A DNA stretch of 63,668 bases, the filler included, from Bigelowiella natans CCMP2755 (taxonomy: Eukaryota; Protista; Cercozoa): assembly GCA_000320545.1 (NCBI GenBank). It is 4 parts of 4 records of this genome, joined end to end, with 100 filler letters (N's around TTAATTAATTAA, not from the genome) between each part and the next. Parts side by side here need not be neighbours in the genome. Positions count along the whole stretch, not along the records: positions 32,332 to 58,731 come from ADNK01001235.1; 3 more parts are not named here. One strand, written 5' to 3'. Both the position numbers and the translations under genes were made by a program. Below the pieces are notes generated by a model that saw nothing but the letters and a program-made list of their open reading frames with translations, made no database searches and had not been told where the DNA came from. Below, piece by piece: positions 35,437-49,039 of the stretch (within the stretch, counting starts at the first letter, position 1; the number at the start of each line of letters is the position of its first letter).

Positions 35437-36544
35437 TGTGAGTGAGTGTGCGCGCGATGTTGTATTTTACTCAAATATATTGTATATATCCATTCACCCC
35501 CCTGCCCAATTACCAGATGTAGTAGCTTTTTTATTGTTGTTGGTGGTAGTGCAGCTGTCACCGCCAACGAGGAAGCATATCAGGGGCGGCATTTCCTTCA
35601 ATGCGTGGCGCCTTTATCATCATAAACACCATATCATTTCAATTGAGCTGCTTCTTCTTTGAGGGGAATCACGCATACAAACGTACACACGTGTGCACAC
35701 GCAAATGCTCGAACGAAGGATGCCTAGTCCAACACATCTTACGAGGAAGGAAACTGCCTCTATTCGTGGTCATCGTCATCATCATCATCATCATCGTTGT
35801 CGTCGTCGTTGTAGTATTATTATGATTGTTACGGTTACTATCAGTGTTCAATTTATTGTCCACCAACTATGTACATAGGGAGAGAAAGGGGGGGGGAATG
35901 CAAACGGTGTTTCATCATCACCTCCCCTCTTCACTGATGACTCGGTCCATCATTGTGTGCAAATTAGACACCGAATTCGACGTGATTCCCCCACCCCCTG
36001 AGGAAAGCCTCTTCTTTTGCGCAGCGGCGGCGGAAGAGGAGGAGGGGGGCGACCCTTCGGTGCCATGCCTCGAAATCTTCATCACACGATCGAGCCCTTT
36101 TCCCTGTATACCTGGAGAGGAGAATGTATGAGAGAGAGGGGGGGGGATAGTATTATCGGCGTTCTCAGAGAATCCCCCGTTAAGTGCGTATTGCAGGCAA
36201 TATAATATATATGCACATAACCATGCGCACGTGCGTATCTTATCAGTACACACATCCACCATTCACAGCAGTTTTCGTTAATTTTGTGACTGACTGATAT
36301 GACTGAGGCCCATCATCTCCGCCGCCTCGTGGTAGAGGCGTCGTTCCTTGTTATTGAGGTTCTCGATCATCAGCACGGCGGATGGGTTGCCGAGGTGCTT
36401 CTTGTTGAAGAACATCAGGAGCTCCATCTCCACCAGCGGTCTCGTCAGGTACCGCTTCCTGGGGGGGAGGGGGGGGGGACGAAAATTAAGGGGGGGGGGG
36501 AATAAAACGTTAATGTTGTGGTTTTGTATGTCTAGTGGCTATCG

Positions 36545-36581
<37 letters not shown>

Positions 36582-36693
36582 TGTGTGTGTGTGTGTGTGT
36601 GAGTAAAGCACCGGCTCGTGATCGTGACGTTTCTGCTGTTGTTGGTATGATTGGCGTGACTGGCACCAGATCCGCGCCCGCGCCCGCGACCCC

Positions 36694-36733
<40 letters not shown>

Positions 36734-37969
36734 AGAATCACCGCCAGGGAGGAGAGCGTTGACCATGGATGGTGCCCAGTTTTTTAGCCTTGCGGTAACA
36801 CGCAGAGAGACGCCTGCGACGTAGTGCAGCAGCAGAAACGTCTCCTCATCAATGGGCAGCTTTGCGTTCTGCAGAAGATCGATGACGAACCAACGGATCT
36901 TGGCCAGGAGCGCATCGGCGCCGGGGCGGAGGCAGCATTGAACGACCTGTTTGTTGTTGTTGTTGTTGTTGTTGTTATTGTTGGATATGAGACGAAGACT
37001 GCAGCCAAGGAGGAAAGAGTGTGACGGGAGGGGGGAGGAGGGAAACTAACAACTAAGGACCAATTCATCATTTCTCTCACTATCATCATTCTTCTCATTA
37101 TAATGATGATGCTCTCCTTGCGTCATTTTCCTCCCCCCCCCCCCGCCAGATCCCTATCATCTAACCGTGCCCATCGCGAATAGGGAAGCCATCGACTCCA
37201 CGATGTGTCGCCTCACGCTCGCATTCATCTGAAGAGAGCACATCGAGTTTTGCATCATTTGATTGTGGGGAGGAGGAGGAGGAGGAGAGTGTAGAGGATT
37301 GTTGATGGTGTCATTCGACGATATCGAGCCACACAAGGCGCCGTGCAACTGCTGCTGAAAACCGAGCATTCTATCCGAGGTCGCTGATCCCAAACCGTCG
37401 ATGTTTGCGTGTGATTTTGTTGTTGTTGTTACTAGTATTCATTATCCTCATAATCGTCAATATCATGGAACCCTTTTTTCGGCTATCATTCTTTAACTAC
37501 CTTCTTCTCTTCTGCTGCGGTTTGAATGATAAGATCCAGCAACACATTGGGCGGCGCGACACAGGTCCTATGTATGCGTATGTGTGTTTTGGAGGAGGAG
37601 GAGGAGGAGGAGGAGGAGGAGGGAGGACGTATCATATGTAACATTTCATGTATATACTCGCATCTCTACTTGAATCGCCGAAGAGGGGGGGCGGGTGGGG
37701 GAGCGAGATAAAGATCTAGGTATCTTTGTGCTACTCTACTGCACCTCCCCTCCCCCCCCCCTCATATCCCAGAAGCCACCTGAACCAAGGCGCGAATACC
37801 GACCACCGGTGCGGACTAATAGCCGAATCATGACTCTTCAGCGCTACCGCACGTGAAATCAGCACCGAGGCTCTAAGCAGGAGGAAAAGAAGGAGGAGGA
37901 GGAGAATACACAGGGGAAAACTAGGTTAAAATAACAGGATTTGGAGGCATATAGAGGAGCGTGCTTGAC

Positions 37970-38004
<35 letters not shown>

Positions 38005-39150
38005 AATGAACCGCGACACGATATGAGCAGTGCAGAAGTGTGTACACACCACAACCAATACGTACAAACTATCTCAGCCGTGCATGTAGGAGGATCATGT
38101 TGGGAGGCACAGACAAGCTTTTCCGCGACTTACCCGCCCATCCCCCCCTCCCCCCCATAAACTATAGAGAGAGAAATAATTGTACATCTTTCGAACATTG
38201 TTCTCTACTACTTGTTGGGTCGTCGACATTGTTATTATTAGTGTGTTAATGTCCTACTTCTTCCTCGCTTTCTCCGCGCTATCACGGTTGGCCACAGCAT
38301 TGCTGGCAGTAGCAGAAGGCGTCGTAGTCGTAGCGCAAATGGCAGCAAATGGAAATAGCCAACTGCACTCGGCCCCCCTCCTCGCCATGAGCTCTCTCAG
38401 GCACCGCTGGTGCTGCGGGGTCGGTGCGGCGCTCTCGAGGACCAGAAAAGCCGCACACAGGCTAAGCACATGGCAGGAGGAGGAATGGGAGGCGGGGGGG
38501 GGGGCGCTGCTACTGTCTTCGCTCGTTTTGCTGGTGGGGTTGCCTCGAGGAAGCTGTAGCTGTGCGTTGAGGAGTTTGACAACGCCGCGCTGCATTGAGA
38601 GAGGGGGTTCCAACCCTAGCTCAATCAACCCGCACCAGAGGCGAACGATGCTTTCCATGCGTCCACGCGATGACGACGACGACGACGAGGACAACTGTGA
38701 CCCTTTCTCCTCCCCTAGTAGCGCCTCCCCTTCTTCGCCATGAAGAGCGACGCGGGAGAGGAGTCTCTTCACTGCTGATGAGGCGGTGATGATGGTGTGT
38801 GCGTGAAGCTGTGCCGCGTTGGTGCTTGCGACCCGCCCCTCCCCGAACAGGCGACGCAGCAATGTGTAGCTGCTCAAAGGGGAGCTGGGGCGGAGCAGCA
38901 AGGCTCTGAGCGCGACGCTGCGAGGAGGGGGCATCGATGATGATGACGATGATAACGATGATGATGGGCGACGGGTGGCTATTCTTTTCCTGCCGAGTCT
39001 GCTGTTGTTGTTGTTGCTGCTGCTGCTAGTGTTGTGGAATATTCGCATATTGTGTGCCCTCGTCCTCCTGGGGGCACCTGATAGGGAATAATCACATTAA
39101 GAATTCTTCTCAAAAGCCCTCTCTCTCTCTAGCTCTGAGAGGGAGAGAAG

Positions 39151-39198
<48 letters not shown>

Positions 39199-39568
39199 AA
39201 TGGGAAAATGCCGAAGGAGTAGCAGAAATGTAGATAGTCGAGAGGAAGTGGAGAATCTGATGTTTTTGTTCTCAAAATAGCTACGAGCGACGAGACCGTC
39301 ACTACCACAAGAGCAACCACTGAATCGCACCTTTATCAATCACACTGTCATTACGTTCCCCTTCCGTCTCTGCTCGACGGCCACGATGCTGCTGGTCATC
39401 GTTGTCATTGTCGTCTTTGTTGATGAGGAGGAGCGCTTTGAGCAAGAACTCCACCGGATCCAAATGCCGATCCAGCACCACCTGCACCGCGGTGGCACAC
39501 CACGCCAGCTTTCGCATATCCACCCCTATGATGACGTTATAAGAATTATAAATAGGCTTCCGAGTAGC

Positions 39569-39599
<31 letters not shown>

Positions 39600-39982
39600 G
39601 TATCGTTATAGTTGTCAATATTGCTATTGCTGTAGATGATATGATGATGATAATGAGTTGTCAACCTAGAGAAGCGCGCCCGTCGTCAAGATGCGCCGCG
39701 CCTCTGCTATTTGCCGAGACTGCAGTCATGCCGCCGGCATTTCCCCCCCCTGCACCTGCCGCTCCACCCTCCGGCCATCGATCATTGTCTGTGGCCTCCA
39801 AGAGGCAGCCACACACTCTCTTGGCCCAGTCATGCCCCCCCCCCGAAAGCCGGTACAGGCATTCCAACGCGCAGTCTTCAACTTGCCTTTTCGCTTTTGC
39901 GGCGACCCTGCTCGACTTGTACGGCGCCTCGGTCAGTGTTTCGGCGAGCGCCGAGCACACTTGTGCAAATACCGAGGAGGGA

Positions 39983-40015
<33 letters not shown>

Positions 40016-40292
40016 GAGGAGTTTTGGACCAGGTGCAGGATGTGTCCTACACCGACTGACCGTGCTGCGTGGAGGAGGACTGCCACCAGCTGCCGCAGCG
40101 TTATGAAGGTAGGACATTTTTGGTGTATCTGAGTAGCATTTATTGTTGTAGGAGTAGTAGTAGTAGTTTTAAATAATCGGCAGAAGAGGAGCCGGAAGAG
40201 AATGGACGATATCAATCCACAGAAAAAAAAAAAGAAGAGAGGGGAAAATGCAAGAGCTCACACACTACTTATTCAACCCCCTCCCCCCCCCG

Positions 40293-40336
<44 letters not shown>

Positions 40337-40563
40337 CTAGCAATTACGAGGAAAATCGCCATGGATACGTCTGGCGCATATAGCTTGGTTGTGAGGAGAG
40401 TCGTTGCGACACGGTTCACCAATATCGGAGCGGACTGCTGTCGCGCCCGCTCAATGTCCTCTGCGGCCGTGAATAACGCATAAGCTAGAAGCCTGATCAG
40501 TGTTAGTGATAAGAACGACTTGCTCAATATATATATGATGCCATAACACACACACATGCACAT

Positions 40564-40594
<31 letters not shown>

Positions 40595-41215
40595 TTGACA
40601 TCGTGTGTCTCTGGTTGGTAAGTGTTCCTCTTGCTTCGAATCGGTTTACCAGAAGCGGCCTGATGGTGTCTTCGACTCGAAATTTGAAGCTGGGTCCCGA
40701 TTTGCGGCTGCAAACGACTGATTTGGGGGGGGAGGAGGGGGAGGAAGAAAGAGGGAATGAGATGCCAGCGTGTTTGTTTGATCCTCGGTCGTAATCACCG
40801 CCTGACCCACCAACAACTTTTTCAACCTTGCGTTCCTCCGCCGTCGGGTGGTTGATGGAGTCGCATATCTTCGCCACGTCAACGGAAAGATATGGAGTCA
40901 TCCGGCTGGCCTGTGAGTGGGAAAACAGGAACCGGATATCACTCTTCGGCATCAAGAGGAAAACAATACAACACCACAGACAGGTGTACAGGTACGCTCG
41001 TATAACGTTTTTACACGCTCGCTACTACTCGAATCTGCATTGGAAAAGGGTATAGTGACAGTGACCTCGCTGCTGCGGCGCAGCTGGCGAAGTGTAGCCA
41101 TATGCACGATGGCATTGGCCCCCGGAGCTGAGATCCCACGGAAGAGGTCCAGCAACTTCTTTGGGAGCGAGCTCTTAACATCGTCACCCCAGATTGCTCT
41201 TGAGCTACGTTTCAT
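32332..41215 (-). CDS. Very large multi-exon, helix-rich (ARM/HEAT-like) hypothetical protein with many homopolymer runs; 3' end in the gap
   Basis: Start MKRSSRAIWGDDVKSSLPKKLLDLFRG at 41215. Helical exons such as LIRLLAYALFTAAEDIE, CPTFITLRQLVAVLLHAAR, ESIVRLWCGLIELGLEP, LLAKIRWFVIDLLQNAKLP and ALEWIQRWDELRDASSPRY. Family not recognised; it could be more than one gene. Confidence 0.5.
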
Positions 41216-41476
41216 ATTTTGAATGAAGGAGTGCGGCGAGTAAGGACCCGCCCATGCAAGCCGTCAGGCTGTGTTTCTCTTGCCAAAGGCTGGTTGTGCT
41301 TGATATTCTAAGATATTCTAGGTTATTATATCGATAATTTATTTCCTAAAAGCATTTATCTTTTCTCGTTTCTCATTTTCAATCGTACAAAGTTATCTTA
41401 GATATTTCCAGTTGTAATATATGTCTATCTTTTCTCGGGGACCTCGGACGCTCACTGCTGTACTCGATGAGAAGCC

Positions 41477-43779
41477 ATGTTGAAACGTCAGGACAATGGC
41501 CTTTCGACAAAGGAGGATGAGAAGGAGGAGGAGGATGAGTTAAAGCAATGGTACCAGGCACAGATTTCTCGAATGAGGGAAGGTTATGAGTCCCAAATTG
41601 ACACGCTCAAGCGAGAGATCGCAAGCTTACGAGCAGAACTCAAACGACAAGACCTTCATGAGAATGTGGAGGAGGAGGAAAAGGAGGACCAAAGTGTTGA
41701 AGAAATAAAACAGAAGGATGGGGAACGAGAGGAGGAGGTGGTAATGGTGGACGAGGGGGGAGACGAGACGGAGGAAGGAGACACGTTGGACAATTTTGAC
41801 ACAGATTGTGGATATGCGGGCGTGTACATGCCAGTTAATACTGCAACAAGTACTACCACTACTACTACAACCACAGCGTCCGATCGGAAAATAGATAAGA
41901 AACATGAAGAGGCAAATGATCGATTCGTGTATGATCAGAAGAATATTGTTCTTGGGAAGATGCTAGGAGAGGGACATTTCGCTGCGACGTATGTAGCTGA
42001 GATAGTCGATACCAAAGAACAAGTTGCCGTCAAGATCTTAACCAATTCCAAATCTGGCACCATCTCAGGGATGGAGCAGAAAAAAGAATTGTGCAGCCTT
42101 CTGAATGTAGGAGATCATCGAAATCTCATGAAATTTATCGGAATCATGGCAAGGAGTGGAGCACAGTGCTTTTTGACCGAGTTCTGCGAGCTTGGAAGTG
42201 TTGATCAAGCACACCAGAAATATGATCTCACAAAGCCTGTCATATTCTGGAAGATTGCACACGGTCTCTTCAGCGGCCTTTGCCATCTTCACTCCAATCG
42301 TCTGGTATGTGAATAGACGTAAGAAAAGATATTGATAAAATCGATTCTAGATGTTTAGCGAGACCTGTGTGTTTGCCACCCATCTCTATTTCTCTATTAT
42401 TATTCTCTTAGATTCACCGGGACATTGCCTGCCGAAATTTGCTACTAAAAGCTAACTTTGAGATACGGATCGCTGACTTCGGGCTTACGGTCCGAACTCC
42501 TAATGACGAGTACAAATCTCAAGGGAAAGAGGCCTTGCCCTGGCCTTGGATGCCTCCAGAGACTCTAAAATCAGGCATCTTTCGCTCCGAGTCAGATGTG
42601 TGGGCCGCCGGTGTGACTCTCTGGGAGATTATAACCAAAGGTCAGATTCCGTATGCTGGCGAAGATGGAAAGCTTCCCTCTTTATCTTCAGTGAGAAACG
42701 AGATTATCAATGGTAAAATCGCTCTCGAAGTCCCTCAGGAGGCACCATGGTGCCGGCATATTATAGAGAGCTGCCTTGCACATAATCGGCACGGACGAGT
42801 GATACCATCTGAATGGGCTTGCCTAGACTCAGCGGCAGCCCATCCTGTTTCTTTAGAAGCAGTCCAAGAATCGGGGATTTATTGTCCAGAAGACATCTTA
42901 TACCGTGTGAGATGGGTGTTCACTACCCCAGAAGACGACGAGAAAACACCTGCGAATGTGGATGATTGGATAGATACTCAAAATAAGGCAGGTAACATCA
43001 TCCCACAAATCAACGGCTCCAACTGGGTGGATGCGCTTCATGGTGCCAAACTCCTACGATTCGACGAGGAAAATAGGGGAAAGGCGTTTTTCGGATGGGC
43101 ACGATTTTGCCCGAACCTTCGAAAAGTGTTTTTTAGTTGTCGAATAGGTCGTATTGCACCATCGATAAAGCATTTGACTCGATTGGAAAAGTTATCTTGC
43201 ATAGGAACATTCCTTGATTGCATTCCTACTGAGATCAAACACCTTAAAGCTCTAAAAGATCTCTATATCCGAGAGAATCGATTGCTAGACAAGCTCCCAC
43301 CCGAAATCAACGTTCTCGATCACCTGAAGCAAATGTCTATCGAAAGTTGCGGTTTAACCTCGGTTCCTGCTAGATTTACCCTGCCAAGACTCGAAACTTT
43401 GTGTCTTATGGACAACAAACTAGAAAGTCTCCCGCTAAGCACATGGTCTCTCCCTTCCCTGAAAGAACTTTATGCAGCCTTAAACAAGCTAAAAAGTTTA
43501 CCTGCAGAAATTTCAAAGTTCTTGGAGCTCGAAACGTTAGAATTGCAGATCAATCCCCTGACAAGTATCCCGTCTGAAGTGGCATCCCTCCCAAAACTGG
43601 AGAAGCTCGGGCTTTTCGAGACCGGAGTGCCTGAGCAAAAAATTGATGGTCTTCGCGAAGGCGTTGCTTACTGGGATGAAGACACTCCTGGAGAGGAAGA
43701 GGGACTCTCTGATGAAGATGAAGATGGGGATGAGGGTCACGTGGAAAAAGGGGAAGAGGAAGAGGAAAGCAGAGATTAG
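41477..43779 (+). CDS. Tyrosine-kinase-like kinase with an N-terminal coiled coil/acidic region and C-terminal LRRs; 2 exons (41477-42304, 42412-43779)
   Basis: LGEGHFA, VAVK, IHRDIACRN, DFG, WPWMPPE, SDVWAAGVTLWEI; LRRs LKDLYIRENRL, LETLCLMDNKL, LKELYAALNKL, LETLELQINPL. Intron GT at 42305 and AG at 42410-42411, in phase. Confidence 0.9.
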
Positions 43780-43879
43780 AAACAGGAACTGTACCAAGCA
43801 AAGGCATGCTTTCAGAATGAAGACAGAGAGAGGGTATAGGAGAAACTAGCAAGGTGATATTTCGAACAATGCAACATTC

Positions 43880-45420
43880 CGGCTAGCTAGCTAGCTGGTG
43901 CACAGCCATCAACTCATGTGTGCACAGCGATTGCATCTTCATTTGACGTTTTACAACCATAGTTTGCCGATGATTGTGCGAGACGCATTCTGGCAGAATG
44001 ATCGATGCGAGAAAGTTGCGCACGTTGATCCACATGCGTGATCGAGCCACGTCTGCCATGCTGGCACAGCATGCTGCATGTGCCGTGACGCTCAGTTTGC
44101 ACGCCACGGCCGGACAGGCAGAGCGACGTCCATTGTGTGCGTGACCCGCGACACACGCTAGCACGACGTCCTGGGACGCCTCGCGGCACGTGTGACGCAC
44201 GTGCCAGCGCTGGAGCACGGAACGGTCTGAGAACGTGCAGCTCGCTGCTCTTGTGTTCTTGGAAAGTTCTCTCGTTCTTCCTTGGACTGGCCGCGTTCTT
44301 GGACAATCTGGGAACTGTCACAGAACGTTCTGCACGTCACAGCGTTCGTGCAGCACGACAAAGGCGTCGGGACGACGCACAGTGAAACCAACGCACAATC
44401 GCATTGCAAGTGAAAGCTTTCTCAGAGCTGCACGCGCAACTTGAGCCTGCTTGCACACAAACACAACTCAAAAGACAACACAGCTCAAAAGGCAGCAACA
44501 CAATGCAACTCAAAAGACAACACAACAACCAAACAAACAACAGTTCAAGTTTCATCAACGCTTTCATGAATCACGTTCAACCGCCTCTTGTTGACGCAGC
44601 AGCGATGCATGCGTGCACCCCAATGCCCGATTCAGCGCAGGACGACAAAATCGTGGATCGCTGTCTCGACAGGCCCGGTGCAAAGGCAAAGCAAGCACGG
44701 GAACCTCCTGTCGGCAGGGCCACGTCCCTCAACTCGTCAGCTGAGAGCAAATGCGCGCTCGGCACATCCCCATTGGCACACGCCGCTGACGAGGGCGAAG
44801 TGCACTCCAGAGTGAGCGCGACAATGCACGCAGCCTAGCAGCCCGCAACGTGTCCAAACAGTTGTGGGTTCAATGAGCTAGCTGCAGCTTCGCTTGCATG
44901 ATGACCATCGATGGTGCGCCGTCGTCGTTCGCGTGGCGATGTGCGATGCGAATCGAACCGCCGGATCGGCACACACGCATGTGCTGCTGTGGCTAGATCT
45001 GTGCTAGCAATGATGGAAATGCTAGCTAGCATGCGTCTAGATTTCTAGATGTGTGTGTGTGTGTGTGTGCAATTTTGCACATTTGTGCACACTGCTCGCA
45101 CGAATGACCATGCGTGGATCGATGTCTTGGATGTGCACGCAAGCAAACAACAATCAATGGCGCATGTCACGCTCTAGCGCTGTCCTCGCACACGTGCGCT
45201 ATAGCGCTGCGGGCACCGGCCTGCGCTGTGGCGCAAGCACTCGTTCGTTTGCGCTCGGCAGATTTTGTTTGTCATTGCACGTCACTGCTCTAGTGCTGCG
45301 TTCATTGCTGATAGTGCATCAATCACTAACGTTGCATGTCAAGACGTGCGCTTGTGATAATGTGTTTGCGTGCACATTGCAAGAGTGGCTAAATTTGATA
45401 AGATATGTGGCGTACTAGCG
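43880..45420. repeat. Largest intergenic purine/pyrimidine-alternating island
   Basis: TGCA/CACGTG/GCTAGC-rich; 19-bp direct repeat CAACTCAAAAGACAACACA at 44464 and 44506. Confidence 0.7.
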
Positions 45421-46070
45421 GTGTCGTGATTTGTGAATGATGTATCGTACATTATAAGCATGTTGTGTGTTCTCTGTGTGTGCATATCTTGAAGTGTGTG
45501 TGCGTGTAGTTTCCATCTGTGATCTACATGTCAAATCACATTCATCTAGTGCAGAGAGGGGAAAATTTGAAAGTGGAATGGAGCAAGAGGGAGAATGACA
45601 ACATAGAAAATTGAATCGTATTTCTATTAATTCATCAGACATGTAATGTGTAATCTAGAAAATGACATCTGTGATTATTTGTGTGTGTGCGTGTGTGTGT
45701 GTTTGTGTGTGTGTGTGTGTTAGATTCGCTCATAATTATGCAGTTTTATATGTATTTAATTGTATACAAATTAGATATCTGTGTATGAAAAGGGTGATCC
45801 AGCAGCTTGCTAGCAAGTCGGGTGATGATAAGTCAATGATAAGAAATCGTGACGTTGGGGTCAATGCAGAATTCATTAATGTGGTTTTGGAGGCATGGTT
45901 GGAGTAGATCGAAGCCGTGAATATCACCGGAAAGGAACAAGGTGCAAGTTATCTTGCATCGGAGCTAGTCGTTGCTAAATCACTCCTCTCCCACCTTCCC
46001 GTACAGCCCGTATCCACACATCACATAGTCCCTGATATGAGTGCTTATGCACCACGTTCTAATCTGTCAA

Positions 46071-46482
46071 TTAACCGGAACGAGTGTAGATGGGCATTTG
46101 GCTATGATTTGAAATGCACTTAATCTTTCCTGCAGCAGCAAGTTCCTTAATGCATCGGCGGGCAACACTAGCGTTAATTTTGTAGGCCTCAACCATGGTG
46201 TAGACCGTAATCATCTTCATCTTCTTAGGAACGTTGGTGAAGATATCATCCTTCATTGCTTGACTAAGGACTACAGCGTAGTTCTTCTTCTCGCGAACTT
46301 TTCCCTTAGACCACTTTTTCTTTCCTTTTGACCTCGAGGAGGAGGCAGCTGCAAGAGCCTTTTGAGCTTTAGACTTTTGAGGTTGTTTTGGAGGCTGTCA
46401 AAATACAACGAGCAAGATTTAGATCGAATAAGCTACAAAATCACAGAAGTGATGGGGAAAAAGAGGGGTGGGAGGCAACCAT
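46071..46482 (-). CDS. RPS25: 40S ribosomal protein S25 (eS25); ATG-only first exon
   Basis: ATG at 46482-46480, intron 46479-46395, exon 46394-46071: PPKQPQKSKAQKALAAASSSRSKGKKKWSKGKVREK...YKINASVARRCIKEL...IYTRSG*. Confidence 0.96.
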
Positions 46483-47085
46483 TGCGGAGTAGCTAGAATT
46501 GTGATTATTAATTCGGCTCTGAATTCGCCGATTGCTTTTCGATATGCTCCGGAGATTTTAGTATAATCTTAGGATCTCTCATATCAGCTTTGAAGGGCTC
46601 TAGAGATCTCGGGAGCCCCCATGAAACGCTCATGAAAGTGAGGCGTTTCGTCCATTTAGAATCCCTTCCTTCATCTAACACGACATCCCCAAATAGTTGT
46701 CGTATTTATAAATACCGCCCTTGGCGAGTACTATGGAAATTCAAACTAGAATTTGACAATAGAAGCTCATATGTTTTTAATTTTAAATCAACGTCCTTCT
46801 ATTTTTTATTGTCTCTCTGATAAAATAGCATGTATTATTTATAGTAACATATAATAGTGCGATTATTTATATTGAATACGTTGGCACACAAGCCCCACCC
46901 GTTCGCCCCCTGACGAAACAACGAAACCTTCGTCCTCGAATTTATTACTGTACCTCTTTCATTGGGTGGGCTTCCCCACTCTTCGAAATTTACCCCTGTA
47001 AAAGAAAATTATTGAGGAAAACGATTCTCCAGAAGGCTTAATCAAACATTGCATCGTGCCTGCATTTATTGCTTAGCTTTCCACC

Positions 47086-48996
47086 ATGTCCAAAACGGCT
47101 GCTACAGACCCGGTTGATGCATCGGAGGCTGCAGACGCAATGGACCAACTCGAAAAAGACTTCGATAAGGTGCTGGAGAATCTTGCTGGTGACAAAAATC
47201 TTGAGAAATTTCGAGAGGAGTATCAGAAGCTGTACACGGCACTCCAGAAGTCCCACCGAAGCGAACAGAAGTTAATAGAGAAATGCCACGAACTGAACAA
47301 CACGATAGTTGGCAACACAGCGAAAGTCCAGGCGGCTTTACGACTCTCTCGTCAGGATCAGCAGAGCATCCAGATTCTCAAGAAAGAGATCGACAAAGCA
47401 TGGAAAATGGTTGACGCTGCGAAGGGGCGGGAGAAGCAATCGAGGGAAACTGTGCATCGCCTGCGCGAGGAAGTGCAAAATCTAAGCAAGTTGGTAGATC
47501 AAGGGGCAGGCCTTAGCATGGGTCAAGAAAAGGCCGTGAATGAGCTACTGAAAGTGAAGGAAGAGCTTACCCTAGAAAACCAAACGCTCAATAGGCAACT
47601 AGAGGAGAAGACTAAGGCACAGAACGACTTGATAGAGCAGACGCAGGGGTTTCGAAAGAAAAAGGAGCAACTTGAGAATTTCATTACTAAACTCAAGGAC
47701 AACGGCAGCAAACAAAAGCGTGAGATCAAAAATCAGAACAAGCGAATCATGAGCCTACAGACCGAGTTGAAAAGCATGTCGCACACCCGGAGCGAAATTC
47801 TCAAAACTATGGACACTAAGACGTCAACGATCGACTTATTAGTCAAAGAGAAAGATTCGCTGAAGCAAGCTTGTATCGAGCTGGATTCACAGAAACAACA
47901 ATCAGATATCGAGTTCCGTCGCGCAGACGCCAAGATGCAAGATATGTGCATTCAAATTGATAAGCTGAAGGAACGCGAGAGTCAGCTCGTGGCCAAGTAT
48001 ACGGAGGCCACGACCGAGATCACTAATAAGAAAAAGGAAGTTAAACGGCTCAACTTTGAGCTGCAGCGTGCGAACACAAGATACACCAAGCTCTCTGACT
48101 TGAAGGAGAAAACCGCGCGCAATCAAAAATCTGCTGAAGAGACTCGAGATAAATTGCTACATGAGATGACAATGATCCGAAAGGAGGTAGGGCTATTTCA
48201 CAGCACATGAGCAAAAATCTACAACTTAATCTAGAATATATATATATATATATATATGTAAACACACAGACTCGCATAATTACTCACAATTTTTTAGGTC
48301 ATGACTCAGCGAAAGAATGCTGACTTGGACGAGAAGGTCCAACCACAAAAAATTTATATTTCAGCATGAGTCACACACACACGTGTACGTGTGTGTGTGT
48401 GTGTGTGTGTGTGTTTGAGAGAGGGGGGGGGGGGGCGGAGGAGAGAGGGAGGGAATAAGGGAGAGTTCGGTACCGCGCATTCATTGTGTTGTTGGCAAAT
48501 GGCGTCCGTAATGTGAACTACTATGTCAAGAATTATAACAGAGGCGTGGTGCAAAATTCTCCTTTGCAGCACCCTAATATAATTTTCGTCTCAAACTAAG
48601 ACAGATTGCAGGCGCTTTGCGCGCGTTCATTTTCCCGTTTTCTCTCCTTGGTCCATTCCCTGTACATCTTCTGACGATTTAACGTATACATAGGTGGTTA
48701 AGGAGCTTCAACAGCAGCTCAAGCGGCTGGCTGGCCAACTTGTCCTCTCAGAAGAAAGGACGAAGGAACAACAAAAAATCCTCCAAGCACATGAACAGCA
48801 GAAGAAGAGAATGACAGATAATATCAACAAGCAGAGGAAAGAGGAGCAGAAGCTGAAACAGGAGGCCTTTGATGTAATATTGGTGGCCATCTTCGGCCCA
48901 ATGATGATAAATATGTAGCCACGTGTTATGTGATAAACACACACACTCACACACACGCGCGCACACACGCACACACACCAATAGAGATAGAGAAAG

Positions 48997-49039
<43 letters not shown>

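Noticed and set aside
44225-44340. GAAnnTTC heat-shock-element-like motifs
   Set aside because: Only two-unit or imperfectly spaced, located downstream of a gene 3' end, and expected from local composition.
45820-46040. Possible box C/D snoRNA (GTGATGA ... CTGA) near RPS25
   Set aside because: Boxes ~200 nt apart, with no terminal stem or rRNA-complementary guide recognised.
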